DNA of 55,467 bases, counting the filler, from Dimargaris cristalligena (Eukaryota), in the NCBI GenBank assembly GCA_003614675.1. It is 2 parts of 2 records of this genome, joined end to end, with 100 filler letters (N's around TTAATTAATTAA, not from the genome) between each part and the next. Parts side by side here need not be neighbours in the genome. Positions count along the whole stretch, not along the records: positions 1 to 27,701 come from ML002512.1; 1 more part is not named here. One strand, given 5' to 3'. The notes below the pieces were generated by a model. It was not told the origin of the DNA. It made no database searches and worked only from the letters and a program-made list of their open reading frames with translations. Below, in pieces: positions 10,974 to 22,413 of this stretch. Position numbers and translations under genes: made by a program. Numbering within the stretch: the stretch's first letter is position 1; each line of letters opens with the position of its first letter.

Positions 10974-12767
10974 GACTGAGCGATACACAAGTACGGTAGA
11001 ATAATAAAGAAAAACTATAAAGACCCGAGCGAGACAAGAAGGGAAAGGGCAATGGGGGGACGGGGCAATCAGCAGCAGAATCAGTCAGTGGGTTAGTTTG
11101 TGAAACGTTCTAAAAGACCCTTAGAATGGACGAGTGGGGAGGGTTGGTTGGCGTGGCATTCCGAAAATCGACGCTGATAAGACGAACCCCTCTTACCCTG
11201 CTTACTGATACATAAAAGCGGGCTTGAGATGGGCAAGACAGGTCCAAGCGATTGATGATTTAGGCACCGGGATAGTTAATGAAGAGCGCCGCGATAGCTC
11301 AATAATAAAACTCACCTTAAAAAACGACTAAACCAAAAGGAATTGTATAATATATATATATATATATATAAAATAACAGGTGAAAAGCGACAGCTGGTGA
11401 GTCGTAGAAACAGCAGCGGAAACCTTTGAAAACAGACTGGGGTGGGCAGCCCGGTGATATTTATAGCCCTGATCATTTGTGGGGTGACCAAAAATGGCCA
11501 TGACCAGCAGCAGCATATATCTATTCCCCCCATCATATATGCGCATATATTTAGGACCTCTTGCCAAACGGGGCAAATTAGGCAGCGAGTGAGAGAGAGA
11601 GGCGCGCACCCTTTCATGGGTTCCAGAGAGATACCATTCCAGACATGGATCTACTGTTAACGGGCCGGATTGGAGGGGTTCGTTTACCATTCCCCCTTTC
11701 TCCCACTACTACCTATTTGGTTCATCGATGCACACACCCCTTTCTAACCAGGCCCCGAGTAACTGGATTTGGTAGGTCCATTGGTCTTTGTTGGGGCAAC
11801 GCTTTCCTCCCCCACCACCACCAACAACAAGGCCAAGAAAAAAACCAACGGTCTAAGGCAATTCCAATGATTGGTGGGCAGACTAATGCCCATTCGCCTG
11901 GTTAGTCACCATTTCCCCTTTGCCACTGAAAATGCGTCGTCGATATATTAACTTTACATTGGGGGGGGGGGCAGTATACTGCTGCTGTATATAGTAGGGA
12001 GTATACTATCTTGGGCACAGGCGCACCAATCCAGTTGCAGAATGGGTAAAGCGGGCCACGTTGAAAAAAGCAAGCCCCAGTAAAAAGGGGAGAGTGGGGG
12101 TGAGGTGGTTATACGGCGATGATACTGGCCTGTCGGCATCTACTAATATGCGGCCCCTCTACTTCCTCCACCCTTCTTCCGATCGGCGGAATCTCAAATA
12201 GGCGTTGAGGGCATTAATGGCCACGGATAGCGGGCCGAAGCATGGGCGAATACGCCTGTTCCCCACACTGCGATCCACCGTTAAGGTTATAGGGTGCCAC
12301 TATATGGGGGAACGGTTAATCTGTTGCTGCACTGGATTTTTCCAGGGTATTTGGGATGATCCTCTTTGGTGCTGCTCCACTTTCCGCTTCTCAGCCAAAA
12401 CCCCCAATGCTTGGTTGGGTAGGTACCACCATGGAATATATCCACTTGGGTTGGACTGGACCTGGACCCGACTGGTAGCCCACACGCGCATAGACGCAAC
12501 TTGGTCATGGAGTTACCTCAGCGTCGAGCAGAACCTTCGTCTACAGGAAAGCCTATATGCGCTTTGTCAGTTGGAAACCATTTATCATACATCAATACCC
12601 CCCGCTAACCGCCCAAGCTCCTTTACCTTCTCTCTTTCTCTCTCTTCTACATTCGACGCGTTTTCTATTTTCTTAATAAAAAATTACTTGAAAGTCGCAT
12701 TACTCTCCCAGTTCCTACTTATCCTCGGTCAGTCCATCCCGTCTCCCCTTATCACTACTATCCCACC

Positions 12768-13175
12768 ATGACCAGCTCTTCTATTTTGACCACCGTCTTC
12801 CCCACGTTTGACTCCCGCTTGCCCAACGAAATTCCACTTCCCCTTTCGTCTGAGTCCGAGTCTGAGTCCGACGAAGTTGTCGCCGCCCCTAGAGCTGACG
12901 CCGAAAACGAAGAAGAGGAGGACGTGTCACCTCCCGTGGTCATTCCCACCGATGTCGTCGTCAAACTGGTCTTGACCACTCTATGCATGATCTTCCTGCC
13001 CATCACCGGCTTCGTCCTGTCCCGCGACCACCTTTTCCAAGGCAATACTATATACAGTTCCATCCTGGCAGTCGTTTTGGCAAATTTGGTCCTGGTTGTA
13101 TTTATCGTAATGGCCGTTATGGACGATAAAAAGGGCCGAGCTGAACTGGCAGCCACTCATAAGAAGCGGGATTAA
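12768..13175 (+). CDS. VMA21: V-ATPase assembly integral membrane protein Vma21
   Basis: Two TM segments (KLVLTTLCMIFLPITGF; SSILAVVLANLVLVVFIVMA) and a C-terminal KKxx ER-retrieval signal (KKRD). Acidic N-terminal extension. Confidence 0.85.
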   Translation: MTSSSILTTVFPTFDSRLPNEIPLPLSSESESESDEVVAAPRADAENEEEEDVSPPVVIPTDVVVKLVLTTLCMIFLPITGFVLSRDHLFQGNTIYSSILAVVLANLVLVVFIVMAVMDDKKGRAELAATHKKRD

Positions 13176-13619
13176 TGAAATACCTACGTGAGAGCGCCCC
13201 TTGGCCTACACATCCACCTCCTTCCCACCCTTTGTACATTAATGCCCCTACTGCACCCGAACCACCGGCGATTTATATATTCCAGCGCTCCCCCTCCCCC
13301 CGGCCCCTTCCTATATTCGATACAAATGAATGTCCGCACCTCACCCTCCCCTCAAAAATATACTAAACTAGCATTTATATAGCCCACGTATTCCTTAAAC
13401 CCTCCCAAACTTGACAATGGCTAGTCAGTCGATCCAATATATATATATAAAAATATATTATTTGTCTAGTGTTCTCACTGGCATTTTCAGAGTCGTTCGC
13501 CCTTCTACCTCTATAACATCTGTCGATTTACAAGAATACTCCTTTTCAATCAACGCAAATCAAATTAAATAAATGTATTCAACAGGAAACATGCGCCAGG
13601 TGTAGCCTATACCAAAGGG

Positions 13620-15274
13620 TTAGAGATCAATGAATGCGGATGGCCAGTTCTCCAAGCAGTACTTGTAGGTCAACTGTTCGAGTTTCCCCGACTCCACTGG
13701 CGTGAATTTCGACAGCACAAATCGGGCCACTAAGTCATTTGATCGGTTGTCGTCGGGCGGCCGACCAATACCAATCCGCAGGCGCCGGAAGTTCTGTTTT
13801 ATATCCCGAATATAGGTAGACACGAGGGCGGTGGAGAGATGTAAGGGATTGATAGACGGGTTTAGTCCACATGCAATTGGTGAATGATAATAGACTGATG
13901 TGTGTTATTACTATTACTAAGGGTCAATTTTTAACATCGGGAACCTCATATTTGGTCAGCCTGTGCACTTACGCTTGTCCCCAAATGATCGATAGCGGAT
14001 TTGATCCCATTGTGGCCACTAGAAGGGTGGGCGAAATACGAAAAAAAGGAAATAGATTCGTGGCCATGGCAAATCGAGCAGGTAACATATCGCGCATTGT
14101 TAATATATATTATAGTTATCACTGTATAAGGTATACTATGTCCTAGATTCTAGTTCTTCGTAAATACGAGGAATATGGCTATATTTCCCCCCACAGTATG
14201 TCACTATTAACCGATTATATAGTAAACAGGTACTTACTTGGCACTGCCCCCTTCTTTCAGGGCTACTTTACCGATATCCCGTTGCATGTCATCGTGAACA
14301 ATCAGTATATTATCAATGCTAACGCCGTATTCCTTGGCTAGACCAGTATAGATGTCCAATGGTCAAATATTTTTCGAAGTTACATCTATTGGCTTTAGTG
14401 GTGCTTTGATCTAATCGGGATATGTCTGAATAATGCCTAGAGGGGTAGTATTGAGTATTACTTACCTGCCCGAGCGACAGACTTGCCGCTGATATTCATG
14501 AGCAGCTTGGGTTTAAGCAGGGTAATTTCCCATCTAACCAACTCAAGTGGATCCGGTGCATTAGTTGCGGTGGATGGTACTAGCGGGGCTGTTTCTTGTG
14601 GTGCCTTCACCAGGGAAGCACTAGTATTAGGTTTGGCTGGTTCCTCCCAGGGCAGTTGTGTAGCAATCGCCGATGCAGTACTAGCGATCTTGGCTCCAAT
14701 CGGCTCTGGAGGAATAGTAGCAGTTGTCGGCTGATCTTTTAGGACCGTGGTGACCGGCTGCGAAGGGGTCGTGGCCAATCCGTCCCGAGCCAACTGGGCC
14801 CGTAGTTCGGCCAACACGCGTTGTTCCCGCACCTGTTTGGTCTCTTTTTTCCTCAGGTGAGGCTTGATCTGACTTTGCAACCGGATGGCTTTGGGGGCTA
14901 ACAATTCGGTAAGTTTGGCTACCGAGCCTTTAATCTTAGGGACATCCTGCCACTGCACGCGGCGCTTTTGGGCAATGCGGTCGAGTACCATCATTCCTAC
15001 ATTGTGGCGAGTGCCAGGCATAGAGTAGTTGCCCAGCCCTACAATCTGCGGTGGTTAAGATGATATTAGGTTGTGGTATATCAGGGCAAGGAAAGGTGGC
15101 AATGGGTGTTAGGGGTGATGAGAATTGCTTCTCTAGTTTTCTAGATAGGGGATATAACAGAAAGGGAACTTCGAGTCCAGTATCGACTTGCTGGTGATAT
15201 ATAATATGTGAGGGATGGGAGTCTAAGTATCCTACCAGGGCTCGTTTGACTTGGGGTACGGCGGTTGCTGACAT
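13620..15274 (-). CDS. PTH1: Peptidyl-tRNA hydrolase (bacterial/mitochondrial Pth1 type), 5 exons, ~312 aa
   Basis: Exons 15274-15236, 15045-14466, 14337-14238, 14018-13973 and 13793-13620, all GT-AG and in phase. They rebuild LIVGLGN..TRHNVG, LLKP..MNISG, IVHDD, GGSANGHNGIKS and RLRIGIGRP. Confidence 0.92.
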
Positions 15275-15828
15275 TAGGCCGGGTTCGGATATATGGCGTG
15301 GTCTTCGGTAGGAATGTGGGAAAGGCCGTACTAGCAATCTAGGAAATGGGTAGGTGTGCCCATTGGTGGTACGAAATATACTGGATTCGACCCACTTTTT
15401 TGTAGAACGGGTAATGATTGTGCTGTCAGCTCGAATGGATCCGAATGAGTTTAAGTCGGCTGCTTACTGAGGGTAATTCACTTGGGAAAACGCGGGAACG
15501 AAGGGATCCGTGGGTTAGATTTCTATTAATCTTAGATATACGCAGCAGTAGGTAGAACTCCCCGCCCGGTAGGAGCTGGAATCTGCCGAGTTTCGAGTTA
15601 GCCCCAAGAAGACCTTAAAACGAGACCACCCTTCGGAAAGCCCATATGGGGGGTAGCCCTGCACCATTCGACTTCCGCCACCTTACCTCTGCCCTAGCCT
15701 TCTTTACATCCAAAAATATAGTTGTGTCCTTTACTCAGCTATACTCAACTTATCCCATCTCGTACCCTGTTACGCTCATTCCTTCTACTCCCATCGTCCT
15801 TTCCTTTATTCCAGTCTTTATCGGCAAC

Positions 15829-16423
15829 ATGGTCAAAACTAGTGCCCAACGCCTCGGTCAAGTGGTGGGTCTCGCTGGACTGGTCCTGTTACTCCATGCC
15901 GGCTACTCGACGTACGAACACCTGGCCTACCTCAAAGCGATTGGTCATAAAGTCGCCGATTCGTCTATCCCCATTGACATTGTAGTCGAATGCCTCGTGG
16001 CTTCGTTCTTGGCGATTGTCGGGGCCATTTATGTGACTCCTGAACTCAAACCCATTGCCTTGGAACATGAAATGAAGAAACTGTAAGTTACTGCTGTCGA
16101 TTTCTATGGGTATATATATATATATACCCTCCCTAGGCTAGGCGGTATAGTCACAGTTACGAGTGGGGGGGGGTAGAGAACCTAGAGAGCGAAATGTAAT
16201 ATATTTCTAAGAACTATGATCAAACACGGCTACCCCCTCGTCGTTTTACCCGTTATTGGCCATCGGACTCTTATTTACCTATTCATGTTTATATCTGTTT
16301 GCTTTTCTGCTCAACCAAACCCCTGGTTTATATAGAACCATTGATGGCGTTGATGGTCGGTCATCGTTCCGCGTATTCAATCACCGGGGGCTGCCACCGC
16401 ACCCGCATGGCACGACACTTTAA
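15829..16423 (+). CDS. EMC5: ER membrane complex subunit 5 / MMgT family, 2 exons, ~113 aa
   Basis: Exons 15829-16082 and 16336-16423. Motifs LLLHAGYSTYEH and IPIDIVVECLV; splicing restores R.SF..FNHRG. Divergent from PTH1. Confidence 0.9.
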
Positions 16424-17230
16424 TGTGGGTCTCGTGTGGGATGTATTCTTTTCAAAATGACAACTTCAGTTAACTTCTTCATTATTACGGGAAAATATTA
16501 AACGCAAATGTATATTTGGAGATATTTGCTGTGCTTTCTTCGTTCCGATACAACCAGGTATTGGGGATATGGCTGTAATCCGTATTAGGAGGGGGTTGAT
16601 GGATAGTTTGGAGAAGAGTAGGTTGTTCCAGCAGATCATTTAATCAATGCTATAAATATACGCCGGTAGTTAGTGTTATGCGCAGACTGGTAGTTATCCG
16701 GTGGGTTCTAGTTCAAAATCAAGTAGCGAGGACTGCAGAGTTGAAATTAATGGCCAGTTCCCTTATACTATGAACAAACTGTCACCCACTTTGCATTAAT
16801 AGATAGCTTCCCAAATATTACAACATCGCTTTACTATATTTGACCTGTCTAAATGTCTAAGGAATAAGCGGGCCCACCTTTTGTATAAATTCAATAGCTT
16901 CATGGTCAATGGTTGGTAGCTTTGCTTCAAATGTACTGTCTACCACCCCTATGTACCTACATCATAATGTGAGGCGTTACTTGCGAACATTAATTATATA
17001 GCCCTAGGGGCGCTTGATTCTCCTGACATCATTTCCCAATCAGGGAGAAGGTTTAAGCCGCGCTTGCGTATGCAGAGAGGATTCTTCACACTCTTCCTCT
17101 GTTATTGACCGCTTCGGTGCCTCAATGTCTTCCTCTGTGCTCCCTGGAAGAAACGGCAAGGCGTGTAGAACGCATATCTGCCATTATCCATTGCTAATAC
17201 CATCAACTAATTATTCCGCCTATCTAATAG

Positions 17231-18412
<1,182 letters not shown>

Positions 18413-18923
18413 TTGATATATATATATACTTAAAGGGATCAGAGGGACTTATCTTTTCAATTGATAACGCTCGTTTATGTTCGATCCAGCTATTGCTCAT
18501 TTGCGCATTCGTGTATGAGTCGCAATATTGTTCTTTTTTTTTTTTTTGAAAATTAATATTACCAACAAAAATCTCTCGGATTACAAAAAATATGCTAACT
18601 TGCAAACTGTACCACTCGCGATAAATAAACGCACTTAATTATACTTTTCATCGGACTGGTTTTCAGAACCATTGGTTAGCGGCCAGCAGGGGCTATCCGC
18701 CACAGGTGCTAAATGGTTTAATGTGCCACATGGGCATGGTTTTAGTGGGGTATTGCCCTATCGCATTATTCATGAAAGGTAGTGTCTATTTATTAGGAAT
18801 ACAAATGATTTTGACTACAAATCGACGGTTGTAGAAGTTGTTCCTCTTTTCTTCTTCGTGGTTTCCCATCCATAGAGGGGTGGGGCTGCCGCAAATGAGA
18901 GAATGAGGAGGTGGGGGGGTAGC

Positions 18924-19890
18924 TTAGAACAGCTCAGGGTCAACCGTATCCAATGGTTCCTGGAGATGTTTCTGAAGGGACTTCAGTTTTAGCCGGAGAT
19001 TGCCGGTGGGGGTATCCATCGATGCCATAAGGCCGATCACACCCCGGCCCGCCAAGGCAATGCCCACTTTGCCTTCCTATTAGCGACATATAATAGTAAC
19101 AATATATGATTAATTCAAGTGTATAGTCACAGTTAGTTGGCGGGATGGGCGGAACACGAGTATGATGGTGGCGGTAATGGCTATTAAAAAGTGGTCTCGT
19201 CCCAATTGTTACTATACCACGAAAGTAATGGGCAGTGTTCAAATAGCCTACACCTATAAATAAATATAAATAGATATTTACAGGCGAGTAGGACATGATA
19301 CTGGTGATTCCTTCAAATGAATTCGGCCCAATCTACCCAGGCTCTCCAATAGATAAGGAGAGGATCACTTACCTCGAATATTAATATGGAGTACTGAAGG
19401 TTTTCCTTGAGGGCATTCTGGTGGAATTCATCCACGAGAATATTACAACTTTGGCTTAGAATAGTGGACACAATCGCGCCATGTTGTATGCTATCGGGGT
19501 GGTTCGATACGCTCGTGTGAACCTCGCCCTTGCGGTTGAAGAGGCTGAAGCGGAGTAGGTTGTGAAGAGAGGGAGAGAGAGAGGTGTCAATGGGCGTAGA
19601 GTTTGGCCCGGGGGTTCAGGTGCGGCCGATTTCGGAGCGGGAAAAGGTGGATGGAGGCAGATGGATGACATGAGAGGCATAGTACTAAGTGAAGTTAGCC
19701 CCAGTGGGCCCCCTTTGCTCCAAGTTACATGGCGAGGTAGCGGGAGGTAATGATAAACCTCGAATGGGAGGAATGGGCATGTAGGGGAGGGATTTGAACC
19801 CTGGGAGTAAACCACCACTTACACTACCGTATCGACACCGCCCGATAGGGCTTGGTTAAGTACTTTGACAAGGGTGTTCTGCTGAAGCAT
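18924..19890 (-). CDS. LAMTOR2: Ragulator subunit LAMTOR2/p14-like roadblock protein, 3 exons, 130 aa (not in ORF track)
   Basis: Exons 19890-19823, 19544-19373 and 19076-18924 with GTAAGT donors. Protein MLQQNTLVKVLNQALSGGVDTVVLFNRKGE...LQYSILIFEEGKVGIA...GNLRLKLKSLQKHLQEPL parallels the LAMTOR2 pattern as I recall it (ML.p..L..VL.QA..GGV...lL.n..G; EG.V.I; G.L..K...L..yL.EPL). Confidence 0.85.
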
Positions 19891-20988
19891 GTCGCGACCG
19901 GGAATCGGGGTTAGAAATAACGGAATGGTCGACTGGAATTGAAATAGTAACAGGGGAAAGAGAACTGTGTGAATTGAAATGGAATGGGGGCACCGTTTCA
20001 GAAGTCCTGCGGGGAAAAGAGCCCAGCCAAATACCTCCCCTTATCAAGACAAGTGCTGCTTAGACACATGGATCAGGTCTGGGCTGTCCTTCCCTCATAG
20101 TCTATCTAAGGGTAATTAAGGCGTTGAGGGGATGGTAATTATCCTCCCTGCCAGTAAATGATATAGCCCTCGTTATATCAATGTTTGTCTCTTTACTCCC
20201 AGAATCAATACGGGCGGGTCATGTTGCCTTCATATATTCATTGATAAAGATTAAAATAAACATCATATACATTTATTAATATACGGTGAAACACCAGTGG
20301 CTGCATAAACCCCCAGCGCTTAAAAATCGATAGAGAGAGGCATTTAAAATTCCGAAGTGTACTTATGTGGGAGACTAATGAATGATAACAGCATACAGCG
20401 CTAATATAACTGACCCTAATGGCGAGGCTCTAAGTGGGAGAAGCCAATGCGTAGGACCGAGACACACCCCTGCTCTCGGGGTATATATCAATAAACATAT
20501 ATCAGGTGGATTGTGTGTTAGGATAGAATATGAAAACACACGGAAACCAGGCAACTCGGATAGTTACTATTTACTAGCGATACGGATAACTATGGGTATA
20601 TTATATACCTAAACAGGCAAGTAAGCGGCCAGGATCTCTTCACAGAAACGTCAGGGTCGATTTGATAAACCGCGGGCTCTGTGGTAATGAACGTATCTCT
20701 CCGCTCCCTAAAATCGGGGTTGGATAAATGGATCCAAGGAGTGTCAAGAAATATGGTTCAGTAAAGATAAGCAATGCATAATGACGCATTGGCAGTATTA
20801 ATCGGCAGCGATTCCTACGTCGCACCTATAGGCGCGACATTGGTAATAGTTAGATGTGTAGGTATTTGGTGGGCCAGACAAGCAGGTTTGCAGTAGCAAG
20901 AACCAGATTGGGACGTGGGAATGTATGGGTCATAATAGCAACGGTTCGTCATAGGGTTCCAAAGGCCTTCCAAGTGTTCTCCCAACTA

Positions 20989-22413
20989 CTATCTCTGGGA
21001 CATGTCCCAAATATGGGGGTACTCCCGGTGCAAGTTTAGCAACCCACTCTCCTTAGCAAAGATCAGCTCCATGCCCCGCAGGTTAGGCAACCGGGCCAGA
21101 ACATACACCACATCTTTCCTGAGTAAACAATTGCCAGCCGAGAAATAGCCCACGGATTCGCTATAGAAATCGGTGTTCCAAAAGTCGCTAAATTCTTCCA
21201 GGGTAGCGAACTCTACCGTGAAAAACGATAGGTTACGGCAGTGCGATAGTAACGTGGTGCAAGTGTAATGTGGATTAGGGCAGTATATAATGTCAATTTT
21301 ACGTAGCTGGGGTAGGTTCCGGGCAATAAGTGGGCCCAGTTCATCTCGGAGGAAGCAGCCGTTCAGGCGGAGGGATTTCAGTTTGGGCCAGGGCTGTTCA
21401 AATAGGGACATCAGAGCCTCGCCCTCATCGAAAGTCATGGAGTGGCAGGCCACCCCCAGCCCCCTTAAGCAGGGATAATCTTTGGCATTCAAGGACCGCA
21501 GCGTGGCCAACGTAGTCTCGTCGAGTGCAGCGAATACATCGAGGTTAACCAGATGGTGAAACGCGGGTCGGCGAGGGTGAAAGAGCAAACCAGTGTCCCA
21601 GGCCAGTTCGTGGAGCCGCAGCTGTTTGATTTGGGGGAAACGATGCACCAGTTCTCGACCGTGTAGATAGTCCTCGGTGTAGGCCGCCAGATTCAAGGCC
21701 TCCAGGCCGGTGAAAGGGGCCAATAAGTCCATAATTTCCGCGCTGTTCAGGCCGGAATGGCCAGCATCGATGTCGAGCCTCCGAATCCGAGCGAGCCAAT
21801 GCTTCACCACCGGGTGGTTGAAATAGGGTTCCATGATGGACCGAACGGTTTGCCTGGGCCGAAACCAAGCGGCCTCGAAATGCAGGGTAAGTTGTTGGGG
21901 GGCTCGGTGCTTTGGCATAAGGTGGGCCAACCGATGGGTCATCTGAGGCCAGCGGTCGAGGTTGGTTAAACTAATGGACAACCATTCCAGCTGAGAGCAC
22001 TGCTGGATGATCCGGTGCCCACGACGGGACCCGAGCACCTTGGCGGGCCGTCGGGCGGCGGTCCGGGTCGACGCTTCCCGTTCATTGATATCGAGGCGCC
22101 GAATAATCCCCCCGCCGTGCTGGCGAAGGATACGGGCTAAACCGGGGTAGCGGCGACTGTCCATTGCGGCATGGAGGGGCATATCCACCTGGTAGACGGG
22201 TTCGACGAAGGAGCGCAGCGAGTGGCTGGCAGCGGCTAAGCGGATTTGGTCCCGCGTGGACAGGTAAGTAATGAACTGGCGGCCTATAAACGGGTGGGCG
22301 GGGTGTAATATCCAGCAGAGAAGGTCGTGGCCGACCGAGGCTCGGCCGGGAGCTGTTGGAGGTGCCTTCGGTGAGTCGTGCGACTGGTCGGGTAGAATGG
22401 TTTGGGCAGGCAT
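20989..22413 (-). CDS. F-box-like / RNI-type leucine-rich-repeat protein, ~474 aa
   Basis: Probable ATG at 22413 (accATG). N-terminal F-box-like segment FITYLSTRDQIRLAAASHSLR, then repeated LxxLxL units (LEALNL, IKQLRL, LKSLRL, LRKIDI, LPNLRGMEL). Confidence 0.75.
   Translation of the reverse strand: MPAQTILPDQSHDSPKAPPTAPGRASVGHDLLCWILHPAHPFIGRQFITYLSTRDQIRLAAASHSLRSFVEPVYQVDMPLHAAMDSRRYPGLARILRQHGGGIIRRLDINEREASTRTAARRPAKVLGSRRGHRIIQQCSQLEWLSISLTNLDRWPQMTHRLAHLMPKHRAPQQLTLHFEAAWFRPRQTVRSIMEPYFNHPVVKHWLARIRRLDIDAGHSGLNSAEIMDLLAPFTGLEALNLAAYTEDYLHGRELVHRFPQIKQLRLHELAWDTGLLFHPRRPAFHHLVNLDVFAALDETTLATLRSLNAKDYPCLRGLGVACHSMTFDEGEALMSLFEQPWPKLKSLRLNGCFLRDELGPLIARNLPQLRKIDIIYCPNPHYTCTTLLSHCRNLSFFTVEFATLEEFSDFWNTDFYSESVGYFSAGNCLLRKDVVYVLARLPNLRGMELIFAKESGLLNLHREYPHIWDMSQR

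Noticed and set aside
20640-20991. Open frame after TAG TAG at the F-box gene end (TAG TAG also ends the Faf1-like gene), suggesting readthrough or stop reassignment
   Set aside because: Tandem stops argue for firm termination, the Faf1-like stop falls near the expected family C-terminus, and no conserved gene here has an internal TAG.
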